Below, piece after piece: positions 27,018 to 36,406 of a stretch of DNA of 64,000 nucleotides. This DNA is from Chloroflexota bacterium. Lineage in GTDB: Bacteria > Chloroflexota > Anaerolineae > UBA4142. The notes under the pieces are model-generated. The model saw only the letters and a program-made list of their open reading frames with translations. It was not told where the DNA came from and searched no databases. The number at the start of each line of letters is the position of its first letter. Position 1 is the stretch's first letter. Location of the stretch: NCBI GenBank assembly GCA_016223105.1, contig JACRPR010000040.1, forward strand, positions 18,940 to 82,939. Reading direction: 5' to 3'. The position numbers and the translations under genes are program-made.

Positions 27018-27698
27018 ATGGACGACCAGAAATTCATCAACATTTTCATAATGGACAAACACTATCGCGTCCCGGCATCGCTGACGATTATGCGCGCGTT
27101 CGAGTACGCCGGGTACAAGATGATTCGCGGCGTGGGTTGTCGCGGCGGATTTTGCGGCGCGTGCGCGACGGTCTATCGAATGAGCGGCGATAGCAAATTG
27201 TCCGTCGCGCTCGCATGCCAAACCGTCGCGCAAGACGGGATGCGGCTCGCGCAAATTCCATCGTTCCCCGCGAACAAGATGCGGTACGATTTCGCGTCGC
27301 TCGATGCGGACGGCGCGCGCTTGCTGGAAATTTATCCCGAACTGGAATTGTGTAAAGGATGCAACACTTGCACCAAAGCATGTCCCCAGGAATTGCAAGT
27401 GATGGAATATGTCGCGGCAGGTTTGCGCGGCGACATCGCGCAAATGGCGGATTTGAGTTTCGATTGTATCGTGTGCGGATTGTGCACCGTGCGTTGTCCC
27501 GGCGAACTCGCGCCGTACAACATCGCACTGCTCGCGCGGCGCATTTACGGCGCGCGCCTCGCGCCACGCGCGCGGCATCTTGAATCGCGCGTCGCCGAAA
27601 TTCGCGCGGGCAAATGGGATGCGGCAGTGCGCGAGTTGAAAACGTTGCCGCTGGATGAGTTGAAGCGGCGGTACAACGAACGCGAGATTGAAACGTAA
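27018..27698 (+). CDS. SdhB/FrdB-like iron-sulfur protein (2Fe-2S plus two 4Fe-4S-type motifs)
   Basis: 'GCRGGFCGACATV' resembles the SdhB 2Fe-2S motif. 'CKGCNTCTKACP' and 'CIVCGLCTVRCP'. GGAG lies 5 nt upstream of the ATG at 27018. Confidence 0.7.
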   Translation: MDDQKFINIFIMDKHYRVPASLTIMRAFEYAGYKMIRGVGCRGGFCGACATVYRMSGDSKLSVALACQTVAQDGMRLAQIPSFPANKMRYDFASLDADGARLLEIYPELELCKGCNTCTKACPQELQVMEYVAAGLRGDIAQMADLSFDCIVCGLCTVRCPGELAPYNIALLARRIYGARLAPRARHLESRVAEIRAGKWDAAVRELKTLPLDELKRRYNEREIET

Positions 27699-27700
27699 AA

Positions 27701-27740
27701 CGTGATGCGTGATACGTGAATTTCACGCATCACGTATCAC
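27701..27740. repeat. Family-E hairpin, copy 2
   Basis: CGTGATGCGTGATACGTGAATTTCACGCATCACGTATCAC. Confidence 0.8.
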
Positions 27741-27754
27741 TGTCAAGGTGTACG

Positions 27755-28807
27755 ATGGACTTTACTTTGTCCGAAGAACTGCAAATGATTCGCGACATGG
27801 CGCGCGATTTTGTAATGAACGAGTTACTGCCGATTGAGCGCGAGGTGCTCGTGCGCGACGCGCAACCGGGCGGCGCGCGTCCTGAGCAAAGTCGAAGGAT
27901 GCCGATTCCGCGTGAGAAAATGGTCGCGCTGAAAACGAAAGCGGTCGAGCAAGGGTTGTGGGCGATGAACGCGCCGGAGGAATTTGGCGGCGGCGGGTTG
28001 AGCGCGCTGGGCGGATGTTTGGTCGCGGAAGAACTTGGCAAGTCGTTTGTGGATTTCGATTTTGGTGATGTGCCGCCGCAATTGTTCGACGCGAACGCCG
28101 AGCAACGCGAGAAATTTTTGAAACCGATAATTGCCGGTGAAAAAGAAATTGCATTTGCCGCGCGCGAACCGGACGGCGATGAAATCACCACGCGCGCGAC
28201 GCACGATGCCGAGGGCTGGGAATTGAACGGCATAAAAATCGCGGTGCAAGCCGATCTGTTTTTGGTCATCGCGCAAACGGACGCGGGCGCGACGTGCTTT
28301 ATCGTCGAACACCAAGTTACCCAAGACGGAAAATTGGTTTTGCAAAAAACGCGCGTGCCCGATTCAAACGTGCTGGGCGAAATCGGTGGCGCGTTCGCGC
28401 TCGGCAAAAAATATCGGAACGCAAATTTGGTGCGCGCAGGGGCGCGCAAGGTTGGCGTTGCATCGCGCTTGTTGGAACTGAGCGCGCAGTACGCGCGCGA
28501 TTGGAAAGCGTTGGGACAATCGCTCGCGGTGCGCCCCGCCGTGCAACGCTGGCTCGCGGAAATGGCAATCGAAATTGACGCGGCGCGCTGGCTCATTTAT
28601 CGCGCGGCAGTCGCGAATGATGCGAACCAGGACGCCAAAGCCGACGCGATGCGCGCGCACTTGTTCGCCTCCGAAACCGCGCAACGCGCGCACGACCGCA
28701 CGATTGAAATTTACGGCGGACCCGCGCCAATGATGCCGCGCGTCAATCGCGATGAACAAATTTTAGAACTCGAACGATTTCAAATTGCGAATAGTTTGAT
28801 GCAATAA
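27755..28807 (+). CDS. Acyl-CoA dehydrogenase family protein (short, divergent)
   Basis: 'FTLSEELQMIRDMARDFVMNELLP', 'GLWAMNAPEEFGGGGL' and 'RWLIYRAA' follow the ACAD N-terminal, middle and C-terminal pattern. 350 aa. Confidence 0.75.
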   Translation: MDFTLSEELQMIRDMARDFVMNELLPIEREVLVRDAQPGGARPEQSRRMPIPREKMVALKTKAVEQGLWAMNAPEEFGGGGLSALGGCLVAEELGKSFVDFDFGDVPPQLFDANAEQREKFLKPIIAGEKEIAFAAREPDGDEITTRATHDAEGWELNGIKIAVQADLFLVIAQTDAGATCFIVEHQVTQDGKLVLQKTRVPDSNVLGEIGGAFALGKKYRNANLVRAGARKVGVASRLLELSAQYARDWKALGQSLAVRPAVQRWLAEMAIEIDAARWLIYRAAVANDANQDAKADAMRAHLFASETAQRAHDRTIEIYGGPAPMMPRVNRDEQILELERFQIANSLMQ

Positions 28808-28875
28808 TTTTCGATTGCCGATTTTCAATTTTCGATTCTGAAAAACGCAAATCGAAAATAACCCGGAGGTGTGCG

Positions 28876-29964
28876 ATGACAACTCGAATGATGTTGAATG
28901 TGAAAAACAATGACACACTCGACACGGTGCGCGATTTTTTGAAATCGCTGTTGGAATTGCGCGTTGTGGAAATGTTGCTCGTGCCGCTCGAAGTGCCGAC
29001 CGCCGACCGCGTAACGCCGATTCTGGTGCAAGACCCGCAAGACCTGAACACGGCGAACCCGCTCGCGCCGGTGATGCGCGTCAACACCGCGGCGGTCATT
29101 GCGCGTTTGCAACGCGGCGACGGCGCGCATCGCATCGGCGCGGTTCTGCGTCCGTGCGAATTGCGCGCGACGATTGAACTCGCCAAGTACGGGCGCGTCA
29201 ATCTCGACCGGCTGATGCTCATCGGCATTGATTGTATGGGCACGTACGAGTCGAACGATTACGCGCAAATCGCGCGCGCCTCCACGCGCAATCAATCGCC
29301 GACCGATGAAATGTTGCGCTGGACGCGGCAAGGTCCGATCGCGCCGTATCGTTTGCGAAACGCGTGCCAAATGTGCGAACAGTTCATCCCCGAAAATGCC
29401 GACATCGCGATTGACCTGGTCGGCATGAATGTGCGCGAGCGTTTGATGATCGAAGCGCGCGATGATCTCGCGGAAAATTTGCATTTGCCGGTCGGCGATG
29501 TGAGCGGACGCGATAAAGCGGTGGCGCGTTTGCATTTGATTCGCCATCATCGCCGCGAAAAAGCGACGACCGACGCGATGCAAATGTTGAAAGATATTCC
29601 GGCATTGCTGGGTCTCATCGCGCCGTGCACGGCGTGCGCGGAATGTGTCGAGTCGTGCCCGTTCTGCGATACAAACGCGTTCACGCCCAAGCCCGCGCAA
29701 GAAGCGCACACCGATCGTCTGCGCGATTGGCCCTCGGGCGAAACCTGGTCGGCGCGTGGACACGCGCTTGGACCGATTGGCGATTTGATCGCGTGGGGAC
29801 GCCGCGCCGCGTCGTGCGTGCAATGCGGAATGTGCGAATCGGCTTGCCCGCGCGATGTGCCGCTCACCGCGTTGCAAAGCGTCCTGGGTCGGCGCGTGCA
29901 AGAAGAATTTCATTACATCCCAGGTCGAAGCGTTACCGAAAAATTGCCGTGGGCGGTGGCATAA
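28876..29964 (+). CDS. FrhB/FdhB-family (F420 hydrogenase/dehydrogenase beta-like) Fe-S protein, paralog 1
   Basis: 'RPCELRATIEL...LIGIDCMGT', 'C..C..FIPENADIAIDLVG', and C-terminal 'CTACAECVESCP...CVQCGMCESACP'. RBS GGAGG. Confidence 0.55.
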   Translation: MTTRMMLNVKNNDTLDTVRDFLKSLLELRVVEMLLVPLEVPTADRVTPILVQDPQDLNTANPLAPVMRVNTAAVIARLQRGDGAHRIGAVLRPCELRATIELAKYGRVNLDRLMLIGIDCMGTYESNDYAQIARASTRNQSPTDEMLRWTRQGPIAPYRLRNACQMCEQFIPENADIAIDLVGMNVRERLMIEARDDLAENLHLPVGDVSGRDKAVARLHLIRHHRREKATTDAMQMLKDIPALLGLIAPCTACAECVESCPFCDTNAFTPKPAQEAHTDRLRDWPSGETWSARGHALGPIGDLIAWGRRAASCVQCGMCESACPRDVPLTALQSVLGRRVQEEFHYIPGRSVTEKLPWAVA

Positions 29965-30054
29965 ATTCGTAATTCTTAATTCTAAATTCGTAATTCAAAA
30001 TCGCGCGAATTGAATTGCGAATTCCGAATTCCGAATTAAGAATTTGAGGTCGCT

Positions 30055-31173
30055 ATGACAACTCGCGGTTTGTGGCAAGTCAACAACAACGACCCGCTCG
30101 GCGCGACGCGCGATTTTCTGCGCGCGTTGCTCGACCAAAAAATTGTGGCGGCGTTGCTCGTGCCGATGCACGGCGCGCGCGATGCGGTGATGCCCGCGCT
30201 CGTCAAACATTCGTCGCGGCTCGACCGCGCGGATCCGTTCGCGCCGGTGATGGCGTTCAATTCCGCGCGCCTCGTCGCGATGCTCACGCGCGAGAGCATC
30301 AATGTAAAAATTGGCGTTGTGCTCCGCGCGTGTGAAATTCGCGCGCTGATCGAACTCGTGAAATTTCATCAAGCGAAACTCGACAACACGGTGATAATCG
30401 GCGTGGATTGTTTTGGCACGCTCGATTTTGCGAAATACCAGGACGCGCGCGATGCAATGCCGGATTTGCCCGCGCGATTTTTCGCGCAAGCGCGCAACGG
30501 CAACGTCGCGGGACTCGCGTGGCGCGACGCGTGCGCGACGTGCGAATATCCGACGCCAGCGCACGCGGATATCGCGATCGGTTTTATCGGCATAGACAAT
30601 TCGCAAATGCTCGTTATCGAAACGCGTCCAGAGATCGCGGAGCAACTCGATCTGCACGCGGATTCGACCGGCGCGGAAGCGCGCAACGCGGTGCTGGCGA
30701 ATTTGATCACCCTGCGAACCACCGCGCGCGATGAAACGATCAAGCAATTTCACGATGCGATGCGCGCGAACGGTGGCGCGGCGAGTTATTTCGCCAACTG
30801 TCTTGAATGTACCAATTGCATGAACGCGTGTCCGATTTGTTATTGCAAAGAATGTTTCTTTCGCACCGCGAACGCGGAACACGCGCCGCGCGAATTATTG
30901 CGCTCCGCCGAACGGCACGGCGCGCTCACGATGCCACCCGACGCGGTGTTGTTTCAACTCACGCGCCTCAATCACATGGCGACGAGTTGCGTCGGATGCG
31001 GAATGTGCCAAGCCGCGTGTCCGCAAAACATTCCACTCACCGCGCTGTTTCGCGCGGTCGGCGCGCGCGCGCAGAAAATTTTTGATTACGCACCAGGTCG
31101 CGATGTGAATGAGAAACCGCCGTTTATGGAATTTCGGCGGGACGAGTTGTTGCAGATTGGGGAAAGCCGGTAA
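30055..31173 (+). CDS. FrhB/FdhB-family Fe-S protein, paralog 2
   Basis: Collinear with 28876..29964: 'MTTRxxxxVxNNDxL', 'RACEIRALIEL...IIGVDCFGT', 'ADIAIGFIG' and 'CLECTNCMNACPICYC...CVGCGMCQAACP'. Confidence 0.55.
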   Translation: MTTRGLWQVNNNDPLGATRDFLRALLDQKIVAALLVPMHGARDAVMPALVKHSSRLDRADPFAPVMAFNSARLVAMLTRESINVKIGVVLRACEIRALIELVKFHQAKLDNTVIIGVDCFGTLDFAKYQDARDAMPDLPARFFAQARNGNVAGLAWRDACATCEYPTPAHADIAIGFIGIDNSQMLVIETRPEIAEQLDLHADSTGAEARNAVLANLITLRTTARDETIKQFHDAMRANGGAASYFANCLECTNCMNACPICYCKECFFRTANAEHAPRELLRSAERHGALTMPPDAVLFQLTRLNHMATSCVGCGMCQAACPQNIPLTALFRAVGARAQKIFDYAPGRDVNEKPPFMEFRRDELLQIGESR

Positions 31174-31217
31174 ATGATTTTCGATTTTTGATTTTAGATT
31201 TGACGATTGTGCGAGAC

Positions 31218-31278
31218 CTGGATTCGACGCTTTAGCGGGTTGTTCGCTTGCGATCGAACCGCGTAAACGCTCGACTCC
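31218..31278. repeat. Family-C element, single unit (inverted)
   Basis: CTGGATTCGACGCTTTAGCGGGTTGTTCG...CCGCGTAAACGCTCGACTCC. Confidence 0.85.
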
Positions 31279-31338
31279 AATATTCCCGAACAGTGTGATC
31301 GTTAAATCGAAAATCAAAAATCGGCAATTGGATGAACT

Positions 31339-32682
31339 ATGCCAAACAGCGCACTCGTAATCGGCGGCGGTATCGCCGGAATTCAAACCGCGCTCGATAT
31401 CGCGGATGCCGGGTTTCATGTGTATCTCGTCGAAAAAGAACCGAGCGTCGGCGGGCGAATGGCGCAACTCGACAAAACATTTCCGACGCTCGATTGTTCC
31501 GCGTGCATCCTCACGCCGAAAATGGTGGATGTCGCGCGCCATCCCAACATCGAACTCATTACGTACTCTGAAGTTTGCAATATCACAAATGGCGCAAGTG
31601 ACTTTTACGCGACAATCAAAAAGAAACCGCGTTACGTTGACACCAACAAATGTACCGGTTGCGGCAGTTGTGCGGAGGCGTGTCGTTTGAAGGGACGCGT
31701 GACCGATACGTTCAACGCGGGGATGGGCAAACGTTCCGCGATCTATGTTCCGTTTCCGCAAGCCGTTCCGCTCAAGTACACCGTGGATCCGACGCAATGC
31801 GTTTATCTCACGCGCGGCGTGTGCGGCAAAACGTTTTTGTGCAAAGACGCGTGCAAAGCGGACGCGATTGATTTCACGCAAAAAGAAGAAATCGTCGAGT
31901 TGAATGTCGGCGCGATTGTCGTCGCGACCGGGTTCGATCCGTTCGACGCCGCACTCAAACCGGAACTGGGTTACGGAATTTATCCGAACGTCATCACGTC
32001 TCTGCAATTTGAACGCTTGTCGTCCGCGTCTGGTCCGACTGCCGGAAAAATTTTGTTGAACGGCAAAGAACCGCGCGAGGTCGTGTTCGTGCAATGCGTC
32101 GGCTCGCGCGATGTGACGACCGGCAATCTGTATTGCTCGCGCGTTTGCTGTATGATTACCGCGAAGCACGCGCACCTGGTCAAAGATAAAATTCATGACG
32201 CGAACGTTACGATTTTTTACGCGGACATGCGCGCGTTCGGCAAAGGGTTTGAAGAATTTTACGACCGCGTGCGCGCGGAAGGCGTCAACTATCGGCGCGG
32301 ATACGTTTCCGAAATTTACGCCGCCGGCGGGCAGACGCCCAAACGCGATGGCAAACTTGTCGTGCGTTCCGAAGACACGCTCATCGGCAAGCCCATCGAA
32401 ACGACTGCCGATCTGGTCGTGTTGAGCGTCGGTCTCGTGCCGCGCGTCGAAACGAACACGCTCGCGCAGATTTTACAGCTCACAAATTCTAGCGACGGTT
32501 TTCTGGCGGAGGCGCATCCGAAAATGTTGCCGGTGGACACAAAAATAAACGGTGTTTACCTCGCGGGCGTCGCGCAAGGGCCGAAAGATATTCCCGACGC
32601 GGTCGCGCACGCGAAGGCGGCGGCGAGCGCGGCGATTGTGCGCTTACGCAGTCGTCAGTCGTCAGTCGCCAGTCAACAGTGA
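31339..32682 (+). CDS. QmoA-like short HdrA (FAD domain only)
   Basis: 'VIGGGIAGIQTALDIADAGFHVYLVEKEPSVGGRMAQLDKTFPTLDCSACILTPKM', 'CTGCGSCAEAC' and 'VQCVGSRD...YCSRVCCM'. It lacks the N-terminal CHCG domain and the C-terminal ferredoxin. Confidence 0.85.
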   Translation: MPNSALVIGGGIAGIQTALDIADAGFHVYLVEKEPSVGGRMAQLDKTFPTLDCSACILTPKMVDVARHPNIELITYSEVCNITNGASDFYATIKKKPRYVDTNKCTGCGSCAEACRLKGRVTDTFNAGMGKRSAIYVPFPQAVPLKYTVDPTQCVYLTRGVCGKTFLCKDACKADAIDFTQKEEIVELNVGAIVVATGFDPFDAALKPELGYGIYPNVITSLQFERLSSASGPTAGKILLNGKEPREVVFVQCVGSRDVTTGNLYCSRVCCMITAKHAHLVKDKIHDANVTIFYADMRAFGKGFEEFYDRVRAEGVNYRRGYVSEIYAAGGQTPKRDGKLVVRSEDTLIGKPIETTADLVVLSVGLVPRVETNTLAQILQLTNSSDGFLAEAHPKMLPVDTKINGVYLAGVAQGPKDIPDAVAHAKAAASAAIVRLRSRQSSVASQQ

Positions 32683-32716
32683 ACAGTGAACTGTTGACTG
32701 ACTACTTGGAGTTAAA

Positions 32717-33835
32717 ATGTTCGACACGGAATCACTCGTCCAACAATACGAACTGACCGCATGTATTCAATGCGGCAAATGCACCGGCGGTTGTCCGATC
32801 GCGCTCAAGAGCGCGTTGAATCCGCGCGCACTCGTCTATCAAATGTTACGCGGCGAAGAATTTGAACTCGTGTCGCGCGGCGAGTTGTGGGATTGCACGA
32901 CGTGCGCGACGTGCGGCTTGCGTTGTCCCAAAGGCGTCAAAGCGGTTGACCTGATTATCGCGTTGCGCGCGCAGTGGATCGAAAGCGGAAAAATTCCGAC
33001 GACGCTTCGCGCACCGCTCACCGCGACGTTGAACCAGGGCAACCCGCTCGTCTTGCCACGCGAAGATCGCTCGCTGTGGGCGGATGGCTTGAACGTCAAA
33101 AATGTCGCGGATGGCGCGGGGATCGCAATGTTCACTTGTTGCGAAAACGCGTACGACCCGCGCGTGCAAGCGATGCCGCGCGCGCTCGTGAATTTGTTAC
33201 GCGCGGCGAACCAGGATTTCGGTACGCTCGGTCTCGACGAGCAATGTTGCGGCAGTGAAGTGCGGCGCATCGGCGAAGCCGGTTTGTTCGAATACTTGCG
33301 CGACGACAACCTCGAAAAATTTCGCGCCGCGCGCGTATCGAAAATGGTAACAACTTCGCCGCATTGTTTCAACGTTTTCAAAAACGAGTACGGCAAACAC
33401 GCAATCCCGGTTGAACATTACACGCAAACGCTCGCGCATTTGATCGCGGACGGCGCGCTGAAATTTTCAAAAAAGTTTCAAGCGACGATCACGTACCAAG
33501 ACCCGTGCTTTCTCGGCAAGCAAAATGGAATTTACGATGAGCCGCGCGCGATTTTGAAAGCGATCCCCGGCGCAAAGTTTGTCGAGATGGATCGCTCGCG
33601 CGAACGAAGCGTATGTTGCGAGGGCGGCGGCGGGCGAATGTGGCTCGAAGGCACGAATAGCCAAGTCCGACTCGCGAACGATCGCATCGCGCACGCGCTC
33701 GACACCGGCGCGAACATTCTCGCGACCGCGTGCCCGTTCTGTTTTCTTACCTTGAGCGACGCGGTGATCGCGACCGGCAACGAAGAAAAAATCAAGGTGA
33801 TGGATATTCTCCAAATTGCGAATGCGGCAATCTGA
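32717..33835 (+). CDS. HdrD-like Fe-S protein (fused HdrC-like ferredoxin plus two CCG domains)
   Basis: 'CIQCGKCTGGCP', 'CTTCATCGLRCP', then 'FTCCENAY...CCGSE' and 'DPCFLG...VCCEGGGG...TACPFC'. Confidence 0.8.
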   Translation: MFDTESLVQQYELTACIQCGKCTGGCPIALKSALNPRALVYQMLRGEEFELVSRGELWDCTTCATCGLRCPKGVKAVDLIIALRAQWIESGKIPTTLRAPLTATLNQGNPLVLPREDRSLWADGLNVKNVADGAGIAMFTCCENAYDPRVQAMPRALVNLLRAANQDFGTLGLDEQCCGSEVRRIGEAGLFEYLRDDNLEKFRAARVSKMVTTSPHCFNVFKNEYGKHAIPVEHYTQTLAHLIADGALKFSKKFQATITYQDPCFLGKQNGIYDEPRAILKAIPGAKFVEMDRSRERSVCCEGGGGRMWLEGTNSQVRLANDRIAHALDTGANILATACPFCFLTLSDAVIATGNEEKIKVMDILQIANAAI

Positions 33836-33854
33836 ATTATGATTTAGGATTGTG

Positions 33855-33915
33855 TTGGATTCGACGCTTTAGCGGGTTGTTGGTCAAGCGAGTAACCGCG
33901 TAAACGCTCGACTCC
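33855..33915. repeat. Family-C element, single unit (inverted)
   Basis: TTGGATTCGACGCTTTAGCGGGTTGTTGG...CCGCGTAAACGCTCGACTCC. Confidence 0.85.
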
Positions 33916-33983
33916 ATCACTTGCGTTCCGCATAATCGGATTTTGCGCGCACACCAAATCATAAATCGAAAATCGAAAATGCT

Positions 33984-35915
33984 ATGAAATCCCAAATCGG
34001 CGTTTACATTTGTCATTGCGGTTTGAATATCGCGAACACGGTGGACGTGGAGCAGGTGCGCGAGTTTGCGCGCATCTTGCCGAACGTCGCGATCGCGCGC
34101 AACTATACGTATATGTGCTCCGACCCAGGTCAAGCGTTGATCACGAACGACATTCGCGACCTGGGATTGACGCACGTCGTCGTCGCGTCGTGTTCGCCGC
34201 GGATGCACGAGCCAACTTTTCGCGCGACGATCCATAAAGCCGGGTTGAATCCGTACGTGTTAGAGATGGCGAACATTCGCGAGCAATGTTCCTGGGTTCA
34301 TTCGGATCGCACGCTCGCGACACTCAAGGCGATGGATTTGATCGCGTCGGCGGTTGCGAAGGTCGCTCTGCTCGTGCCATTGCAAGAGCGCGAGGTCAAG
34401 GTCACTCAATCTGCGCTCGTGATCGGCGGCGGTATCGCGGGAATGACTGCCACGCTCGATATTGCGAACGCCGGCTTCCAGGTTTGTCTCGTCGAAAAGC
34501 AAACACACCTCGGCGGACGCGTCGCGCAACTCGACACAACATTCCCAACCCAGGAACGCGTCGCCGATTTGCTCGCGCCCGTGTTGCGCGCGATAACGAC
34601 GCATCCCAACATTCGCGTCATTACGAACGCGGACGTTGAAAAAGTGGATGGGTTCATCGGCAATTTTCGCGCGACGATTCGCGCGCGCCCGACGTTCGTT
34701 GACGCGATGAAATGCGACGCGTGCGGGAAATGCGTGGACGCGTGCCCGGTGAATGTGCCGGACGCGTTCGACGCGAATCTCACGACGCGCCGCGCGATCT
34801 ATCGCGCGCCGGATGCGCGATTCGTGATCGACGCGCGCGCGTGTTCGTTTGTGCAGGATCGCGTCTGCCGATCCGATCCACGTTGCGCGGCGGTGTGTGA
34901 TCGCAACGCGATTGATTTTTCGCAAACCGAAAATCTGGTCGAGATCAACATCGGCGCGATCATCGTCGCGACCGGTGCGGCAACTTTCGACGCGACGAAA
35001 AAACCGGAACTGGGATTCGGCACGTACTCGAACGTGATCACCTCGTTGCAATTCGAGCGGCTTGCCGCGCGCCAGGAATTGCAATCGGTGAAGGATGTCG
35101 TGTTCGTCTCCTGCGTCGGCTCGCGCGATGCGACGACCGGCAATACCTATTGCTCGCGCGTCTGTTGTATGGTCAACGCGAAACAAGCGCGGCGCATCCA
35201 GGAAAAATTTCCCGACGCGCGCGTAACTGTGTTTTACGCGGACGTGCGCGCGTTCGGCAAAGGGCACGAAGAATTTTACGACGCGGTTCGCAAAACCGGC
35301 GTGCGCTATCGGCGCGGGTACGTGTCCGAAATTTTCGCCGCAGGCGGGCAGACGCCCAAACGCGATCAAAAATTGATCGTGCGCGCGGAAGACACGCTGA
35401 TTCAAAAACCAATCGAAGTTTCTGCCGACCTGGTTGTGCTGGGAATCGGAATGACGCCGCGCGCGGAGACGAACGAAATCGCGAATGTGCTGGGCTTGCC
35501 GCGTTCGGGCGATGGATTTTTGTTGGAGATTCATCCGAAACTGCGCCCGGTCGAAACCGCGGTGGATGGAGTTTTTCTCGCGGGCGCGTGCCAGGGACCA
35601 AAAGACATCGTGGACACGATCGCGCAAGCGCGCGCGGCGGCATCGTCCGCGTTCGCGTCGTTGTGTCGCGGGCAAGTGAAAATCGAATCCGCGACCGCGC
35701 GCGTGGATGAAGAGGTGTGCGCGGGTTGCGGCTTGTGCGTCGCGACGTGTCCGTACGGCGCGCCCGCATTGATCGCGCGCACGGGCACTGCGCGCGTAAA
35801 CCAGGTCTTGTGTAAAGGATGCGGCGCGTGCGAAGCCGCGTGTCCATCGAAAGCGATCCAGGTGATGCAATGCACACCGCGCCAAGTGCTTGCCCAGATC
35901 GCGGTGTTGGCGTAG
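33984..35915 (+). CDS. hdrA: Full-length HdrA-like flavoprotein (N-terminal CHCG domain, FAD domain, C-terminal 2x[4Fe-4S])
   Basis: 'GVYICHCGLNI', 'ASCSPRMHE', 'LVIGGGIAGMTATLDIANAG', 'SCVGSRD...YCSRVCCM', 'CAGCGLCVATCP' and 'CKGCGACEAACP'. The usual 'DKTFPTxDCxxC' site reads 'DTTFPTQERVADLL'. Confidence 0.85.
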   Translation: MKSQIGVYICHCGLNIANTVDVEQVREFARILPNVAIARNYTYMCSDPGQALITNDIRDLGLTHVVVASCSPRMHEPTFRATIHKAGLNPYVLEMANIREQCSWVHSDRTLATLKAMDLIASAVAKVALLVPLQEREVKVTQSALVIGGGIAGMTATLDIANAGFQVCLVEKQTHLGGRVAQLDTTFPTQERVADLLAPVLRAITTHPNIRVITNADVEKVDGFIGNFRATIRARPTFVDAMKCDACGKCVDACPVNVPDAFDANLTTRRAIYRAPDARFVIDARACSFVQDRVCRSDPRCAAVCDRNAIDFSQTENLVEINIGAIIVATGAATFDATKKPELGFGTYSNVITSLQFERLAARQELQSVKDVVFVSCVGSRDATTGNTYCSRVCCMVNAKQARRIQEKFPDARVTVFYADVRAFGKGHEEFYDAVRKTGVRYRRGYVSEIFAAGGQTPKRDQKLIVRAEDTLIQKPIEVSADLVVLGIGMTPRAETNEIANVLGLPRSGDGFLLEIHPKLRPVETAVDGVFLAGACQGPKDIVDTIAQARAAASSAFASLCRGQVKIESATARVDEEVCAGCGLCVATCPYGAPALIARTGTARVNQVLCKGCGACEAACPSKAIQVMQCTPRQVLAQIAVLA

Positions 35916-35936
35916 GGCAAATTTCCAATTTGCCAC
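35912..35936. repeat. Family-D hairpin, copy 2
   Basis: GTAGGGCAAATTTCCAATTTGCCAC. The TAG inside it is the hdrA stop codon. Confidence 0.8.
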
Positions 35937-35952
35937 ACAGACAGGAGTCAAA

Positions 35953-36171
35953 ATGGTTTGCCTCGAATTAACGGTGCGCGAAGCGGAATTGATGCATCGC
36001 ATTGTGAACAACCATCTCGCGGAAGTGCGCGCGGAAATTACCGCCGGCAAAATTGTGGATCTCGATGATCTGCTCACGTTTGAAGAGACCGCGCTCGCAC
36101 ACATTTTGGATGTGCTTTCCAAACAAGGCACGGGTTGTTGCGCCGAGCAGTACGGCGGCTATCCCGAATGA
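35953..36171 (+). CDS. Small hypothetical protein (72 aa), tandem paralog 1
   Basis: ATG at 35953 with RBS CAGGAG. Helical. 'LELTVREAELMHRIVNNHLAEVRAEI'. Confidence 0.55.
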   Translation: MVCLELTVREAELMHRIVNNHLAEVRAEITAGKIVDLDDLLTFEETALAHILDVLSKQGTGCCAEQYGGYPE

Positions 36172-36184
36172 AAGGACGTGCAAG

Positions 36185-36400
36185 ATGTTCAATCTCGAAT
36201 TGAGTCCGCGCCAAGCCGCGGTGCTTCACAAAATTCTGCAATCGTATCATTCCGATTTGCAATTGGAAATTTCGGATATGGACATTGAGGGTTTGAGTGA
36301 AGTGCTCATCGCCGAAGAAAACGCGGTCAATCAAATTCTCGCAGAGTTGGACGCGGCAGGTTTCGCGTTGACGATGGAAACCGGCGAATACGCGGGTTGA
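36185..36400 (+). CDS. Small hypothetical protein (71 aa), tandem paralog 2
   Basis: ATG at 36185 with RBS AAGGA. 'LELSPRQAAVLHKILQSYHSDLQLEI' aligns with the preceding ORF. Confidence 0.55.
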   Translation: MFNLELSPRQAAVLHKILQSYHSDLQLEISDMDIEGLSEVLIAEENAVNQILAELDAAGFALTMETGEYAG

Positions 36401-36406
36401 ATCGCG

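Noticed and set aside
27755-28807. Possible loss of the catalytic glutamate in the short ACAD-like protein, because no 'YEGT' motif is present.
   Set aside because: By hand alignment, 'ILELERFQI' can be placed on 'IYEGTSEIQ' with the Glu retained. I cannot decide this without a proper alignment, so I make no claim.
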